Counted from the first letter of the stretch, positions 45,801-59,496 are shown. The stretch is DNA of 64,000 bases from Balanoglossus misakiensis (GCA_040954595.2 CM082588.2:9408844-9472843); one strand, 5' to 3'. Made by a program: numbers and translations. The notes: generated by a model not told the origin, from the letters alone.

Positions 45801-48800
45801 CTTTGTGTTCAGTCTTTTTTGTAGCTGTGGAAAAGTTTCCCCCTGTCTGTACCCTTTGTGTTCAGTCTTTTTTGTAGCTGTGGAAAAGTTTCCCCCTGTC
45901 TGAACCCTTCGTGTTCAGTCTTTTTTGTAGCTGTGGAAAAGTTTCCCCCTGTCTGAACCCTTCGTGTTCAGTCTTTTTTGTAGCTGTGGAAAAGTTTCCC
46001 CCCTGCCTGTAGAATTTATTCCCTTCGTGTTCAGTCTTTTTTGTAGCTGTGGAAACGTTTCCCCCTGTCTGAACCCTTCGTGTTCAGTCTTTTTTGTAGC
46101 TGTGGAAAAGTTTCCCCCTGTCTGAACCCTTCGTGTTCAGTCTTTTTTGTAGCTGTGGAAAAGTTTCCCCCTGTCTGAACCCTTCGTGTTCAGTCTTTTT
46201 TGTAGCTGTGGAAAAGTTTCCCCCTGTCTGAACCCTTCGTGTTCAGTCTTTTTTGTAGCTGTGGAAAAGTTTCCCCCTGTCTGAACCCTTCGTGTTCAGT
46301 CTTTTTTGTAGCTGTGGAAACGTTTCCCCCTGTCTGAACCCTTCGTGTTCAGTCTTTTTTGTAGCTGTGGAAAAGTTTCCCCCTGTCTGAACCCTTCGTG
46401 TTCAGTCTTTTTTGTAGCTGTGGAAAAGTTTCCCCCTGTCTGAACCCTTCGTGTTCAGTCTTTTTTGTAGCTGTGGAAACGTTTCCCCCTGTCTGAACCC
46501 TTCGTGTTCAGTCTTTTTTGTAGCTGTGGAAACGTTTCCCCCTGTCTGAACCCTTCGTGTTCAGTCTTTTTTGTAGCTGTGGAAAAGTTTCCCCCTGTCT
46601 GAACCCTTCGTGTTCAGTCTTTTTTGTAGCTGTGGAAACGTTTCCCCCTGTCTGAACCCTTCGTGTTCAGTCTTTTTTGTAGCTGTGGAAAAGTTTCCCC
46701 CTGTCTGAACCCTTCGTGTTCAGTCTTTTTTGTAGCTGTGGAAAAGTTTCCCCCTGTCTGAACCCTTCGTGTTCAGTCTTTTTTGTAGCTGTGGAAAAGT
46801 TTCCCCCTGTCTGTACCCTTTGTGTTCAGTCTTTTTTGTAGCTGTGGAAAAGTTTCCCCCTGTCTGAACCCTTCGTGTTCAGTCTTTTTTGTAGCTGTGG
46901 AAAAGTTTCCCCCTGTCTGAACCCTTCGTGTTCAGTCTTTTTTGTAGCTGTGGAAAAGTTTCCCCCTGTCTGAACCCTTCGTGTTCAGTCTTTTTTGTAG
47001 CTGTGGAAACGTTTCCCCCTGTCTGAACCCTTCGTGTTCAGTCTTTTTTGTAGCTGTGGAAAAGTTTCCCCCTGTCTGAACCCTTCGTGTTCAGTCTTTT
47101 TTGTAGCTGTGGAAAAGTTTCCCCCTGTCTGAACCCTTCGTGTTCAGTCTTTTTTGTAGCTGTGGAAAAGTTTCCCCCTGTCTGAACCCTTCGTGTTCAG
47201 TCTTTTTTGTAGCTGTGGAAAAGTTTCCCCCTGTCTGAACCCTTCGTGTTCAGTCTTTTTTGTAGCTGTGGAAAAGTTTCCCCCTGTCTGTACCCTTCGT
47301 GTTCAGTCTTTTTTGTAGCTGTGGAAAAGTTTCCCCCTGTCTGAACCCTTCGTGTTCAGTCTTTTTTGTAGCTGTGGAAAAGTTTCCCCCTGTCTGAACC
47401 CTTCGTGTTCAGTCTTTTTTGTAGCTGTGGAAACGGTTCCCCCTGTCTGAACCCTTCGTGTTCAGTCTTTTTTGTAGCTGTGGAAAAGTTTCCCCCTGTC
47501 TGAACCCTTCGTGTTCAGTCTTTTTTGTAGCTGTGGAAAAGTTTCCCCCTGTCTGAACCCTTCGTGTTCAGTCTTTTTTGTAGCTGTGGAAACGTTTCCC
47601 CCTGTCTGAACCCTTCGTGTTCAGTCTTTTTTGTAGCTGTGGAAACGTTTCCCCCTGTCTGAACCCTTCGTGTTCAGTCTTTTTTGTAGCTGTGGAAAAG
47701 TTTCCCCCTGTCTGTACCCTTCGTGTTCAGTCTTTTTTGTAGCTGTGGAAAAGTTTCCCCCTGTCTGAACCCTTCGTGTTCAGTCTTTTTTGTAGCTGTG
47801 GAAAAGTTTTACCCTGTCTGAACCCTTCGTGTTCAGTCTTTTTTGTAGCTGTGGAAAAGTTTCCCCCTGTCTGAACCCTTCGTGTTCAGTCTTTTTTGTA
47901 GCTGTGGAAACGTTTCCCCCTGTCTGAACCCTTCGTGTTCAGTCTTTTTTGTAGCTGTGGAAACGTTTCCCCCTGTCTGAACCCTTCGTGTTCAGTCTTT
48001 TTTGTAGCTGTGGAAAAGTTTCCCCCTGTCTGAACCCTTCGTGTTCAGTCTTTTTTGTAGCTGTGGAAAAGTTTCCCCCTGTCTGAACCCTTCGTGTTCA
48101 GTCTTTTTTGTAGCTGTGGAAAAGTTTCCCCCTGTCTGAACCCTTCGTGTTCAGTCTTTTTTGTAGCTGTGGAAAAGTTTCCCCCCTGCCTGTAGAATTT
48201 ATTCCCTTCGTGTTCAGTCTTTTTTGTAGCTGTGGAAAAGTTTCCCCCTGTCTGAACCCTTCGTGTTCAGTCTTTTTTGTAGCTGTGGAAAAGTTTCCCC
48301 CTGTCTGAACCCTTCGTGTTCAGTCTTTTTTGTAGCTGTGGAAAAGTTTCCCCCTGTCTGAACCCTTCGTGTTCAGTCTTTTTTGTAGCTGTGGAAAAGT
48401 TTCCCCCTGTCTGAACCCTTCGTGTTCAGTCTTTTTTGTAGCTGTGGAAAAGTTTCCCCCTGTCTGAACCCTTCGTGTTCAGTCTTTTTTGTAGCTGAGG
48501 AAAAGTTTCCCCCTGTCTGTACCCTTCGTGTTCAGTCTTTTTTGTAGCTGTGGAAAAGTTTCCCCCTGTCTGTACCCTTTGTGTTCAGTCTTTTTTGTAG
48601 CTGTGGAAAAGTTTCCCCCTGTCTGTACCCTTTGTGTTCAGTCTTTATTGTAGCTGTGGAAAAGTTTCCCCCTGTCTGAACCCTTCGTGTTCAGTCTTTT
48701 TTGTAGCTGTGGAAAAGTTTCCCCCTGTCTGAACCCTTCGTGTTCAGTCTTTTTTGTAGCTGTGGAAAAGTTTCCCCCCTGCCTGTAGAATTTATTCCCT

Positions 48801-51800
48801 TCGTGTTCAGTCTTTTTTGTAGCTGTGGAAAAGTTTCCCCCTGTCTGAACCCTTCGTGTTCAGTCTTTTTTGTAGCTGTGGAAAAGTTTCCCCCTGTCTG
48901 AACCCTTCGTGTTCAGTCTTTTTTGTAGCTGTGGAAAAGTTTCCCCCTGTCTGAACCCTTCGTGTTCAGTCTTTTTTGTAGCTGTGGAAACGTTTCCCCC
49001 TGTCTGAACCCTTCGTGTTCAGTCTTTTTTGTAGCTGTGGAAACGTTTCCCCCTGTCTGAACCCTTCGTGTTCAGTCTTTTTTGTAGCTGTGGAAAAGTT
49101 TCCCCCTGTCTGAACCCTTCGTGTTCAGTCTTTTTTGTAGCTGTGGAAACGTTTCCCCCTGTCTGAACCCTTCGTGTTCAGTCTTTTTTGTAGCTGTGGA
49201 AAAGTTTCCCCCTGTCTGAACCCTTCGTGTTCAGTCTTTTTTGTAGCTGTGGAAACGTTTCCCCCTGTCTGAACCCTTCGTGTTCAGTCTTTTTTGTAGC
49301 TGTGGAAAAGTTTCCCCCTGTCTGAACCCTTCGTGTTCAGTCTTTTTTGTAGCTGTGGAAAAGTTTCCCCCTGTCTGAACCCTTCGTGTTCAGTCTTTTT
49401 TGTAGCTGTGGAAACGTTTCCCCCTGTCTGAACCCTTCGTGTTCAGTCTTTTTTGTAGCTGTGGAAACGTTTCCCCCTGTCTGAACCCTTCGTGTTCAGT
49501 CTTTTTTGTAGCTGTGGAAAAGTTTCCCCCTGTCTGAACCCTTCGTGTTCAGTCTTTTTTGTAGCTGTGGAAACGTTTCCCCCTGTCTGAACCCTTCGTG
49601 TTCAGTCTTTTTTGTAGCTGTGGAAACGTTTCCCCCTGTCTGAACCCTTCGTGTTCAGTCTTTTTTGTAGCTGTGGAAACGTTTCCCCCTGTCTGAACCC
49701 TTCGTGTTCAGTCTTTTTTGTAGCTGTGGAAAAGTTTCCCCCTGTCTGAACCCTTCGTGTTCAGTCTTTTTTGTAGCTGTGGAAACGTTTCCCCCTGTCT
49801 GAACCCTTCGTGTTCAGTCTTTTTTGTAGCTGTGGAAACGTTTCCCCCTGTCTGAACCCTTCGTGTTCAGTCTTTTTTGTAGCTGTGGAAACGTTTCCCC
49901 CTGTCTGAACCCTTCGTGTTCAGTCTTTTTTGTAGCTGTGGAAAAGTTTCCCCCTGTCTGAACCCTTCGTGTTCAGTCTTTTTTGTAGCTGTGGAAAAGT
50001 TTCCCCCTGTCTGAACCCTTCGTGTTCAGTCTTTTTTGTAGCTGTGGAAAAGTTTCCCCCTGTCTGAACCCTTCGTGTTCAGTCTTTTTTGTAGCTGTGG
50101 AAAAGTTTCCCCCCTGCCTGTAGAATTTATTCCCTTCGTGTTCAGTCTTTTTTGTAGCTGTGGAAAAGTTTCCCTCTGTCTGTACCCTTTGTGTTCAGTC
50201 TTTTTTGTAGCTGTGGAAACGTTTCCCCCTGTCTGAACCCTTCGTGTTCAGTCTTTTTTGTAGCTGTGGAAACGTTTCCCCCTGTCTGAACCCTTCGTGT
50301 TCAGTCTTTTTTGTAGCTGTGGAAAAGTTTCCCCCTGTCTGAACCCTTCGTGTTCAGTCTTTTTTGTAGCTGTGGAAACGTTTCCCCCTGTCTGAACCCT
50401 TCGTGTTCAGTCTTTTTTGTAGCTGTGGAAAAGTTTCCCCCTGTCTGAACCCTTCGTGTTCAGTCTTTTTTGTAGCGGTGGAAACGTTTCCCCCTGTCTG
50501 AACCCTTCGTGTTCAGTCTTTTTTGTAGCTGTGGAAACGTTTCCCCCTGTCTGAACCCTTCGTGTTCAGTCTTTTTTGTAGCTGTGGAAAAGTTTCCCCC
50601 TGTCTGAACCCTTCGTGTTCAGTCTTTTTTGTAGCTGTGGAAAAGTTTCCCCCTGTCTGAACCCTTCGTGTTCAGTCTTTTTTGTAGCTGTGGAAAAGTT
50701 TCCCCCTGTCTGAACCCTTCGTGTTCAGTCTTTTTTGTAGCTGTGGAAAAGTTTCCCCCTGTCTGAACCCTTCGTGTTCAGTCTTTTTTGTAGCTGTGGA
50801 AACGTTTCCCCCTGTCTGAACCCTTCGTGTTCAGTCTTTTTTGTAGCTGTGGAAAAGTTTCCCCCTGTCTGAACCCTTCGTGTTCAGTCTTTTTTGTAGC
50901 TGTGGAAAAGTTTCCCCCTGTCTGAACCCTTCGTGTTCAGTCTTTTTTGTAGCTGTGGAAAAGTTTCCCCCTGTCTGAACCCTTCGTGTTCAGTCTTTTT
51001 TGTAGCTGTGGAAAAGTTTCCCCCTGTCTGAACCCTTCGTGTTCAGTCTTTTTTGTAGCTGTGGAAAAGTTTCCCCCTGTCTGAACCCTTCGTGTTCAGT
51101 CTTTTTTGTAGCTGTGGAAAAGTTTCCCCCTGTCTGAACCCTTCGTGTTCAGTCTTTTTTGTAGCGGTGGAAACGTTTCCCCCTGTCTGAACCCTTCGTG
51201 TTCAGTCTTTTTTGTAGCTGTGGAAAAGTTTCCCCCTGTCTGAACCCTTCGTGTTCAGTCTTTTTTGTAGCTGTGGAAAAGTTTCCCCCTGTCTGAACCC
51301 TTCGTGTTCAGTCTTTTTTGTAGCTGTGGAAAAGTTTCCCCCTGTCTGAACCCTTCGTGTTCAGTCTTTTTTGTAGCTGTGGAAAAGTTTCCCCCTGTCT
51401 GAACCCTTCGTGTTCAGTCTTTTTTGTAGCTGTGGAAAAGTTTCCCCCTGTCTGTACCCTTTGTGTTCAGTCTTTTTTGTAGCTGTGGAAAAGTTTCCCC
51501 CTGTCTGAACCCTTCGTGTTCAGTCTTTTTTGTAGCTGTGGAAAAGTTTCCCCCTGTCTGAACCCTTCGTGTTCAGTCTTTTTTGTAGCTGTGGAAAAGT
51601 TTCCCCCTGTCTGAACCCTTCGTGTTCAGTCTTTTTTGTAGCTGTGGAAAAGTTTCCCCCTGTCTGAACCCTTCGTGTTCAGTCTTTTTTGTAGCTGTGG
51701 AAAAGTTTCCCCCTGTCTGAACCCTTCGTGTTCAGTCTTTTTTGTAGCTGTGGAAAAGTTTCCCCCTGTCTGAACCCTTCGTGTTCAGTCTTTTTTGTAG

Positions 51801-54727
51801 CTGTGGAAAAGTTTCCCCCTGTCTGAACCCTTCGTGTTCAGTCTTTTTTGTAGCTGTGGAAAAGTTTCCCCCTGTCTGAACCCTTCGTGTTCAGTCTTTT
51901 TTGTAGCTGTGGAAAAGTTTCCCCCTGTCTGAACCCTTCGTGTTCAGTCTTTTTTGTAGCTGTGGAAAAGTTTCCCCCTGTCTGAACCCTTCGTGTTCAG
52001 TCTTTTTTGTAGCTGTGGAAAAGTTTCCCCCTGTCTGAACCCTTCGTGTTCAGTCTTTTTTGTAGCTGTGGAAAAGTTTCCCCCTGTCTGTACCCTTCGT
52101 GTTCAGTCTTTTTTGTAGCTGTGGAAAAGTTTCCCCCTGTCTGAACCCTTCGTGTTCAGTCTTTTTTGTAGCTGTGGAAAAGTTTCCCCCTGTCTGAACC
52201 CTTCGTGTTCAGTCTTTTTTGTAGCTGTGGAAAAGTTTCCCCCCTGCCTGTAGAATTTATTCCCTTCGTGTTCAGTCTTTTTTGTAGCTGTGGAAAAGTT
52301 TCCCCCTGTCTGTACCCTTTGTGTTCAGTCTTTTTTGTAGCTGTGGAAAAGTTTCCCCCTGTCTGAACCCTTCGTGTTCAGTCTTTTTTGTAGCTGTGGA
52401 AAAGTTTTCCCCCTGCCTGTAGAATTTATTCCCTTCGTGTTCAGTCTTTTTTGCAGCTGTGGAAAAGTTTCCCCCCTGCCTGTAGAATTTATTCCCTTCG
52501 TGTTCAGTCTTTTTTGTAGCTGTGGAAAAGTTTCCCCCTGTCTGAACCCTTCGTGTTCAGTCTTTTTTGTAGCTGTGGAAAAGTTTCCCCCTGTCTGTAC
52601 CCTTTGTGTTCAGTCTTTTTTGTAGCTGTGGAAAAGTTTCCCCCTGTCTGAACCCTTCGTGTTCAGTCTTTTTTGTAGCTGTGGAAAAGTTTCCCCCCTG
52701 CCTGTAGAATTTATTCCCTTCGTGTTCAGTCTTTTTTGTAGCTGTGGAAAAGTTTCCCCCTGTCTGTACCCTTTGTGTTCAGTCTTTTTTGTAGCTGTGG
52801 AAAAGTTTCCCCCTGTCTGTACCCTTTGTGTTCAGTCTTTTTTGTAGCTGTGGAAAAGTTTCCCCCTGTCTGAACCCTTCGTGTTCAGTCTTTTTTGTAG
52901 CTGTGGAAAAGTTTTCCCCCTGCCTGTAGAATTTATTCCCTTCGTGTTCAGTCTTTTTTGTAGCTGTGGAAAAGTTTCCCCCTGTCTGAACCCTTCGTGT
53001 TCAGTCTTTTTTGTAGCTGTGGAAAAGTTTCCCCCTGTCTGTACCCTTTGTGTTCAGTCTTTTTTGTAGCTGTGGAAAAGTTTCCCCCTGTCTGAACCCT
53101 TCGTGTTCAGTCTTTTTTGTAGCTGTGGAAAAGTTTTCCCCCTGCCTGTAGAATTTATTCCCTTCGTGTTCAGTCTTTTTTGCAGCTGTGGAAAAGTTTC
53201 CCCCCTGCCTGTAGAATTTATTCCCTTCGTGTTCAGTCTTTTTTGTAGCTGTGGAAAAGTTTCCCCCTGTCTGTACCCTTTGTGTTCAGTCTTTTTTGTA
53301 GCTGTGGGAAAGTTTCCCCCTGTCTGAACCCTTTGTGTTCAGTCTTTTTTGTAGCTGTGGAAAAGTTTCCCCCTGTCTGAACCCTTCGTGTTCAGTCTTT
53401 TTTGTAGCTGTGGGAAAGTTTCCCCCTGTCTGAACCCTTTGTGTTCAGTCTTTTTTGTAGCTGTGGAAAAGTTTCCCCCCTGCCTGTACCCTTCGTGTTC
53501 AGTCTTTTTTGTAGCTGTGGAAAAGTTTCCCCCCTGCCTGTACCCTTCGTGTTCAGTCTTTTTTGTAGCTGTGGAAAAGTTTCCCCCTGTCTGTACCCTT
53601 TGTGTTCAGTCTTTTTTGTAGCTGTGGAAAAGTTTCCCCCCTGCCTGTACCCTTCGTGTTCAGTCTTTTTTGTAGCTGTGGGAAAGTTTCCCCCTGTCTG
53701 AACCCTTTGTGTTCAGTCTTTTTTGTAGCTGTGGAAAAGTTTCCCCCTGTCTGAACCCTTCGTGTTCAGTCTTTTTTGTAGCTGTGGAAAAGTTTCCCCC
53801 TGTCTGAACCCTTCGTGTTCAGTCTTTTTTGTAGCTGTGGAAAAGTTTCCCCCTGTCTGTACCGTTCGTGTTCAGTCTTTTTTGTAGCTGTGGAAAAGTT
53901 TCCCCCCTGCCTGTACCCTTCGTGTTCAGTCTTTTTTGTAGCTGTGGGAAAGTTTCCCCCTGTCTGAACCCTTTGTGTTCAGTCTTTTTTGTAGCTGTGG
54001 AAAAGTTTCCCCCTGTCTGAACCCTTCGTGTTCAGTCTTTTTTGTAGCTGTGGAAAAGTTTTCCCCTGTCTGAACCCTTCGTGTTCAGTCTTTTTTGTAG
54101 CTGTGGAAAAGTTTCCCCCCTGCCTGTACCCTTCGTGTTCAGTCTTTTTTGTAGCTGTGGAACAGTTTCCCCCTGTCTGTACCCTTCGTGTTCAGTCTTT
54201 TTTGTAGCTGTGGAAAAGTTTCCCCCTGTCTGTACCCTTCGTGTTCAGTCTTTTTTGTAGCTGTGGAAAAGTTTCCCCCTGTCTGAACCCTTTGTGTTCA
54301 GTCTTTTTTGTAGCTGTGGAAAAGTTTCCCCCTGTCTGAACCCTTCGTGTTCAGTCTTTTTTGTAGCTGTGGAAAAGTTTCCCCCCTGCCTGTAGAATTT
54401 ATTCCCTTCGTGTTCAGTCTTTTTTGTAGCTGTGGAAAAGTTTCCCCCTGTCTGAACCCTTCGTGTTCAGTCTTTTTTGTAGCTGTGGAAAAGTTTCCCC
54501 CTGTCTGAACCCTTCGTGTTCAGTCTTTTTTGTAGCTGTGGAAAAGTTTCCCCCTGTCTGTACCCTTCGTGTTCAGTCTTTTTTGTAGCTGTGGAAAAGT
54601 TTCCCCCTGTCTGAACCCTTCGTGTTCAGTCTTTTTTGTAGCTGTGGAAAAGTTTCCCCCTGTCTGTACCCTTTGTGTTCAGTCTTTTTTGTAGCTGTGG
54701 AAAAGTTTCCCCCTGCCTGTAGAATTT
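42812..54727 (+). repeat. ~11.9-kb satellite array of 53-bp and 62/63-bp monomers (~220 units estimated from length)
   Basis: Short unit GTGTTCAGTCTTTTTTGTAGCTGTGGAAAAGTTTCCCCCTGTCTGAACCCTTC. The long unit ends ..CCTGCCTGTAGAATTTATTCCCTTC. Confidence 0.99.
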
Positions 54728-55507
54728 TCACCACTTCACTGCCTATTGAAAAAAATCCCGACCCCAAGTTCACCCGATGTGCAGTCCGTCTTCCGCATAA
54801 AAAAGTCTTTCTGTCAAATTATTAAGTATTCCAACTATTGAAGCATCATATAAATGGTGCAATGGAAACTATAGTAGTATAAATTACCAGATTTGACATT
54901 AAACTCACCTTTAAGTTGACGCCGTTTATCCAATTATCCGATCGTAGTATGTCACCCATATCGGCGCAGTTATTTATAATTGATTGAATCAGTCATTTAC
55001 ACCTTGCCTGTCAGCTATACACCGAGTTCCACGTAACAGTCGAGTGTAGATCAGCAAAAAGCTGTCGGAAAACTGTCCCGAAAACGACAACGGTGCACGC
55101 AAAATCCGCGATCGATCGAGCAGACAAGCGAAACAAACACGTGTTATTGTGAATGTTTACACTGTCTTTAGTTCAGGCGAGGTCAAGTCATCTGAGGACG
55201 TCAACACAGCATCGAGAAAAGTGAAAAAATTTACCGATAACGCCTTCTAAAGAACCCTCTTTGTACAATTTCGTTTAGATGAGAAGTCCTTTTGTATAAA
55301 ATAAGTGATATTTTATAAAAAATAGTCACGATATCATGGTATTTTCGGCGATTTATGCCTACCCGGAATAAATTCTACAGCTAATTGACCGCTGACGAGC
55401 AGGGACGACTGCGCATGCAAAAGGGGCGTGTTCTGCGCAGGTGGATACTATTCCACAGGCAGAATAAAATGTGACACCGGCGGTAGGAATACTTTTTTTG
55501 GATTTTA

Positions 55508-56310
55508 TTGTGTGGTGTCAGCGCTAACACTTTAGGTTACGCTGACGACATGACTCTACTCAGTCCAAGTGTTAAGGGTCTACGCCGTCTTCTTAGAATT
55601 TGTGAAATTTATGGCAAGGATTATGATATCATTTATAATTCTAGTAAAACTGTGTGCATGCTTTTTAATGGGAAGAATATGAGAGTTCAAAGAATTCCTT
55701 CGGTTAAACTTAATGACATCACTTTGAAGTTTGTACCTGTACACACCTATTTGGGCCATGTAATATCTTGTGATGGTTGTGATAATGAAGATATTGAACG
55801 ACAAAGAGCATTTTGCGTTAGAGCAAACATGCTATTGAGACATTTTCAACATTGTAGTCAAGATGTAAAGAAAGTTTTATTTTTGGCATATTGTAGTAAT
55901 ATTTACTGTTGCAGTTTGTGGACATCCTTTAAAGTTAAACCGATGAAAAAATTTAAAACTATGTACAATATTGTTTGGAGAAGACTTCTCGGTTGTCCGC
56001 CATTTTGCAGTGCATCGGGTATGTTTGCTACAAACCATGTATTGTCACTTGGTGAAGTTTTTAGACGCAATATGTACAGTTTTAAGCGTAGACTCGAAAA
56101 TTCTTCTAATGTTTTACTTGATGCGATCTGTTCATCAGATAGAGCGACTGACAGCATATTTTTCAAACATTGGCGAAAGCAATTGTATATCATGTAATTT
56201 TGCAGACTTTTTTTTGTGCATGTGTGTGTCTCTTTTTTTTCTCTCTTTTGGGTATATGGACTTTTTTTTTTAAAGTCTGAAATAAAGTATTATTATTATT
56301 ATTATTATTA
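55508..56310 (+). mobile_element. 5'-truncated non-LTR retrotransposon (RT C-terminus, possibly RTE-X-like)
   Basis: GYADDMTLL, KTVCM, TYLGH and a C-terminal ..AYCSNIYCCSLW.. ORF ending at 56197. Then a short 3' UTR, AATAAA (~56281) and a (TAT)n tail. Confidence 0.88.
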
Positions 56311-57675
56311 TACCATTACCCGTAATTTTTCTGTCTAATTATGTGTAACTATTACTATTATTTTTATAAAGCAAACTGATGTTTCTTTATTCCAATGAAA
56401 TTATGAAAAAATTTAGGTGATTTTTATTTTATTGTCGAGCCAGCAAAACTATATCAGTGTAGGACAAAATCTTTGTTTACATAGAACTCCGAAAGCGATT
56501 ATACGGATTGGGGTCTCCCATTCGCCGATCAGGTAGTTTGGGGGCGTACTAAACTTTTTCCAGCCAATGGCGTAGGGGAACACTGACAGATGCTTTGGGC
56601 CCTAACAGGAAAGGTGTTGGTATGGTAACCGCAGTGTAGCTCAGTATTTTCCGTGACACAGTGCGCTCGCCACGGACCTGAAGCCACCAGTTTTCGATTG
56701 ACCAGGCAATTTTTTCCTAGTTGAGTTGTGAAGCAGGGATTTCAACATCGTCGAAGGGTAAGTTTTCAAATATAAGTGGTTGTAATATTGTAATTTCGTA
56801 TGAGTTTCATAAATTCTCCATCGAAAATATTGTGAGTGGCCAGAATCAGAAATACACTAACACAGGGAATTTTCGCTGGAGTTTTTTTTTGCGATATCAA
56901 CAGAGGTAACTACTTTCGCGAATTTCGAGAGAGCCAGAAAAACACGATAATAAATAGTCGCAAACATTTTCAAGAAAAATAAGCGTTCGCGGTGTAGAAA
57001 TTTTGACAAGGATGCGTTTCACGTATTAAAGCAAAGGCTAAGACATATATGCGTACATGGTGGTGGAGGTCGTGTAGTCATGGAACACGGCGGACCTGTA
57101 CGCGCGCAGGGCTAATTTGGAACTTAGGTACTGCTAGCTCTATGCTGTAACTATTGACTCCTGAACAGTTGTAAAACTTTTCAGCCATCACAATTTGCAA
57201 CCACCCAATCGAAAACGTCGCGCTGTGCATGAAAGTGTTAGAGTCCGAGGGGGTTGTTATGTTTGACGCCCACCTCAATAAGGAAGTTTTAGTGGTGTCC
57301 CCTCTTTTCTTAGTAAAAGCAGACAATGTTAGGCAGTCGGAGATTGTTAATCACACCGGTGCTGCATCAGCGAAATACTGTCAATGCTGTAATGTAAGTA
57401 AATAGTGTTATTCTAGCAGTGGTACAATGTGACATGCCAATACCCACAACACATAAAATCACTCTTTGGGTATTAAAGTCAAGGTTTATTGCCGTCTTGA
57501 ATCTCATAGCCACATTTATGGTTTGATAATTTGTAAGCAAAAGTGGCGGGCCTTTACACCAAAGCCAGTCCAGTCGACTTTTTCGTCTTTCCGAGGTTTA
57601 TCCTGCAAGTACTGTTATATGCTGGTGTAACAATTTCCTATGGATTAATTGGGAAATCATCATTATTATTTACAG

Positions 57676-59496
57676 GTCTCCAGAAATGAGCCATTTATGA
57701 AATATTTACCTTAATAATTGTGGTCTTTGGTTATTTTGGGTTCCATTTGCTCCACTGTCTGACTAGTTTCATAATGAATTAGTTGTGAGATACCCATCAG
57801 ATGCTTCATGTATCAATTGACAAGTTGATGAAAGGTAAACAATACAAAACTAATAAAGGAAGATTTTTTTAAATTTTCCCCTTCTCAGATGTGAATCGTT
57901 AATGGGCTTGGTCAGGGTCAGGTATTTATTTACCAATCACCACAATCCATCTAGAGATCTGGCCATAAGTTTTGGTAGACTTCCACAGATTCGTCACATA
58001 CTTCAAGGTGGATTTTGGAAGACTGATGGAGATTACAGGTAAGGACTTACCTATTTACAGTAATTAAAAGTAAGCATGGCAATTAGTCACAAAGATTTAT
58101 TGATGGGAAGACTGTGTTTGGCAAACTGGCTGACTAATCTATTTATTGCAAGGAATGGTCAGTATGTACAGCAAAATGCATTTTATATCATTTTGATATC
58201 AAAAGTACACTAGTCAAAAATGTTAGATGTACAGTGATAAGTTTGTTTAACAAAATTATTACTGTACACCATGAAGTATGCCTGTAAACATTAATACTGC
58301 AGTGACTTATGCATGCTTCTCACTATTTTGGTATTGGCCCAGTATTCTTAAAAAATCACCAGGAATGATGTTTTGAACATTTTTTTTAATAGTATGATAG
58401 TAAAGTTTTTTGTTATCATTTTAAATTCTATTCTCAGATCCTGTGGAAACTCAGTAAAAAAATGAATAGGCGACCAGAACTCCAGAAGTTTCTATATGGT
58501 AATAACAAAAGTAGAAGCTATGTGAAAGGTGACTTGAGAAAGGTAAGTTTGCAGCTACAATTTCCACTTATAAACAATGACCATGGGGAAATGTACCATA
58601 CTAAAATAGCAGAATCTGTGGACTTTTGCATGCATCCTGTGCCGTATACCGGTACAGACGGTATTTTCATGAGTGATGCAGTGTATACTGTGCCAGTCAT
58701 GATTTCACTTGTTCATTAGTGAAAATAACTTCAGTACAGCACATATCACAGTTCCCTCAGATTTCACAAAAATTAATGTGCATGAATCTATCATATACAC
58801 TCTATTCAATGAATAAATCTGTGAGTGTGTTGATAATTTTCACACAGCATTTGAGTGTTTTAAAGAATAATAGACAGAGGTGCTTTTCTGAGCTATACAA
58901 CGTCTTCCAGAGAGGTAATGCAATTGCATTAACAATTAATGGAAAAGGATATGGGTGCACTATATGTTCTGACATTTCTATTTCATCAATATTATGGTCA
59001 GAGATCAACATCCCTCATGCAGGCTAAATATGATAATATAAGGTTATTCACTAAATAATCTTATATTTTAAGTAATAAGACTAAATTTTTTTTTCTCTCT
59101 CTCTCCATTTCTCTCCTCTCTCTCACTCTCTCCCTTTTTTCCCTCTCTTTCTGCAACTCCCTCTCATTCGTTCCCCCATCTCTCTCTCTCTCATATTCTC
59201 ACTCACAGTCATATGGGAAACTTGTAAAATGTATCAAAACACCCACAAAGGATATCTGCGTTGTGCAGCAATTAAGGCAATGTCAGCCACGGAGATTTGA
59301 TAAGTTTAATTGTGAGGTCTTCAGACTAACTGAAGACACTGAATCATTCGAATCATGTCATATAATCAGTTTAATGTGTTTTATTCATTGTTGCGATTAT
59401 ACTACCTGCAGAGTGAAGAGGATCAATGGGCAGCACAAGTACACGCATGAAGATATTTATACATTCTATCGTCTGAATAAATTTTGCATCAAATGA
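57676..59496 (+). pseudogene. 3' exons of a CMC/EnSpm-like transposase-related gene
   Basis: GT-AG exons give ..DER|CESLMGLVR..TNHHNPSRDLAISF..RHILQGG (57889-58038), then 58438-58542 (frameshift). The last exon 59209-59496 has FIHCC..C..H..YRLN. Confidence 0.6.

Noticed and set aside
42812-54727. CRISPR-like array (constant block plus variable segment)
   Set aside because: The variable parts are a few recurring variants rather than unique spacers, there are no cas genes, and the context is eukaryotic.
43083-54825. Repetitive ORFs (FSLFCSCGKVSPLPVEFIP..) in the satellite
   Set aside because: They are by-products of 63-bp units being a multiple of three. They have non-ATG starts and are broken by every 53-bp unit.
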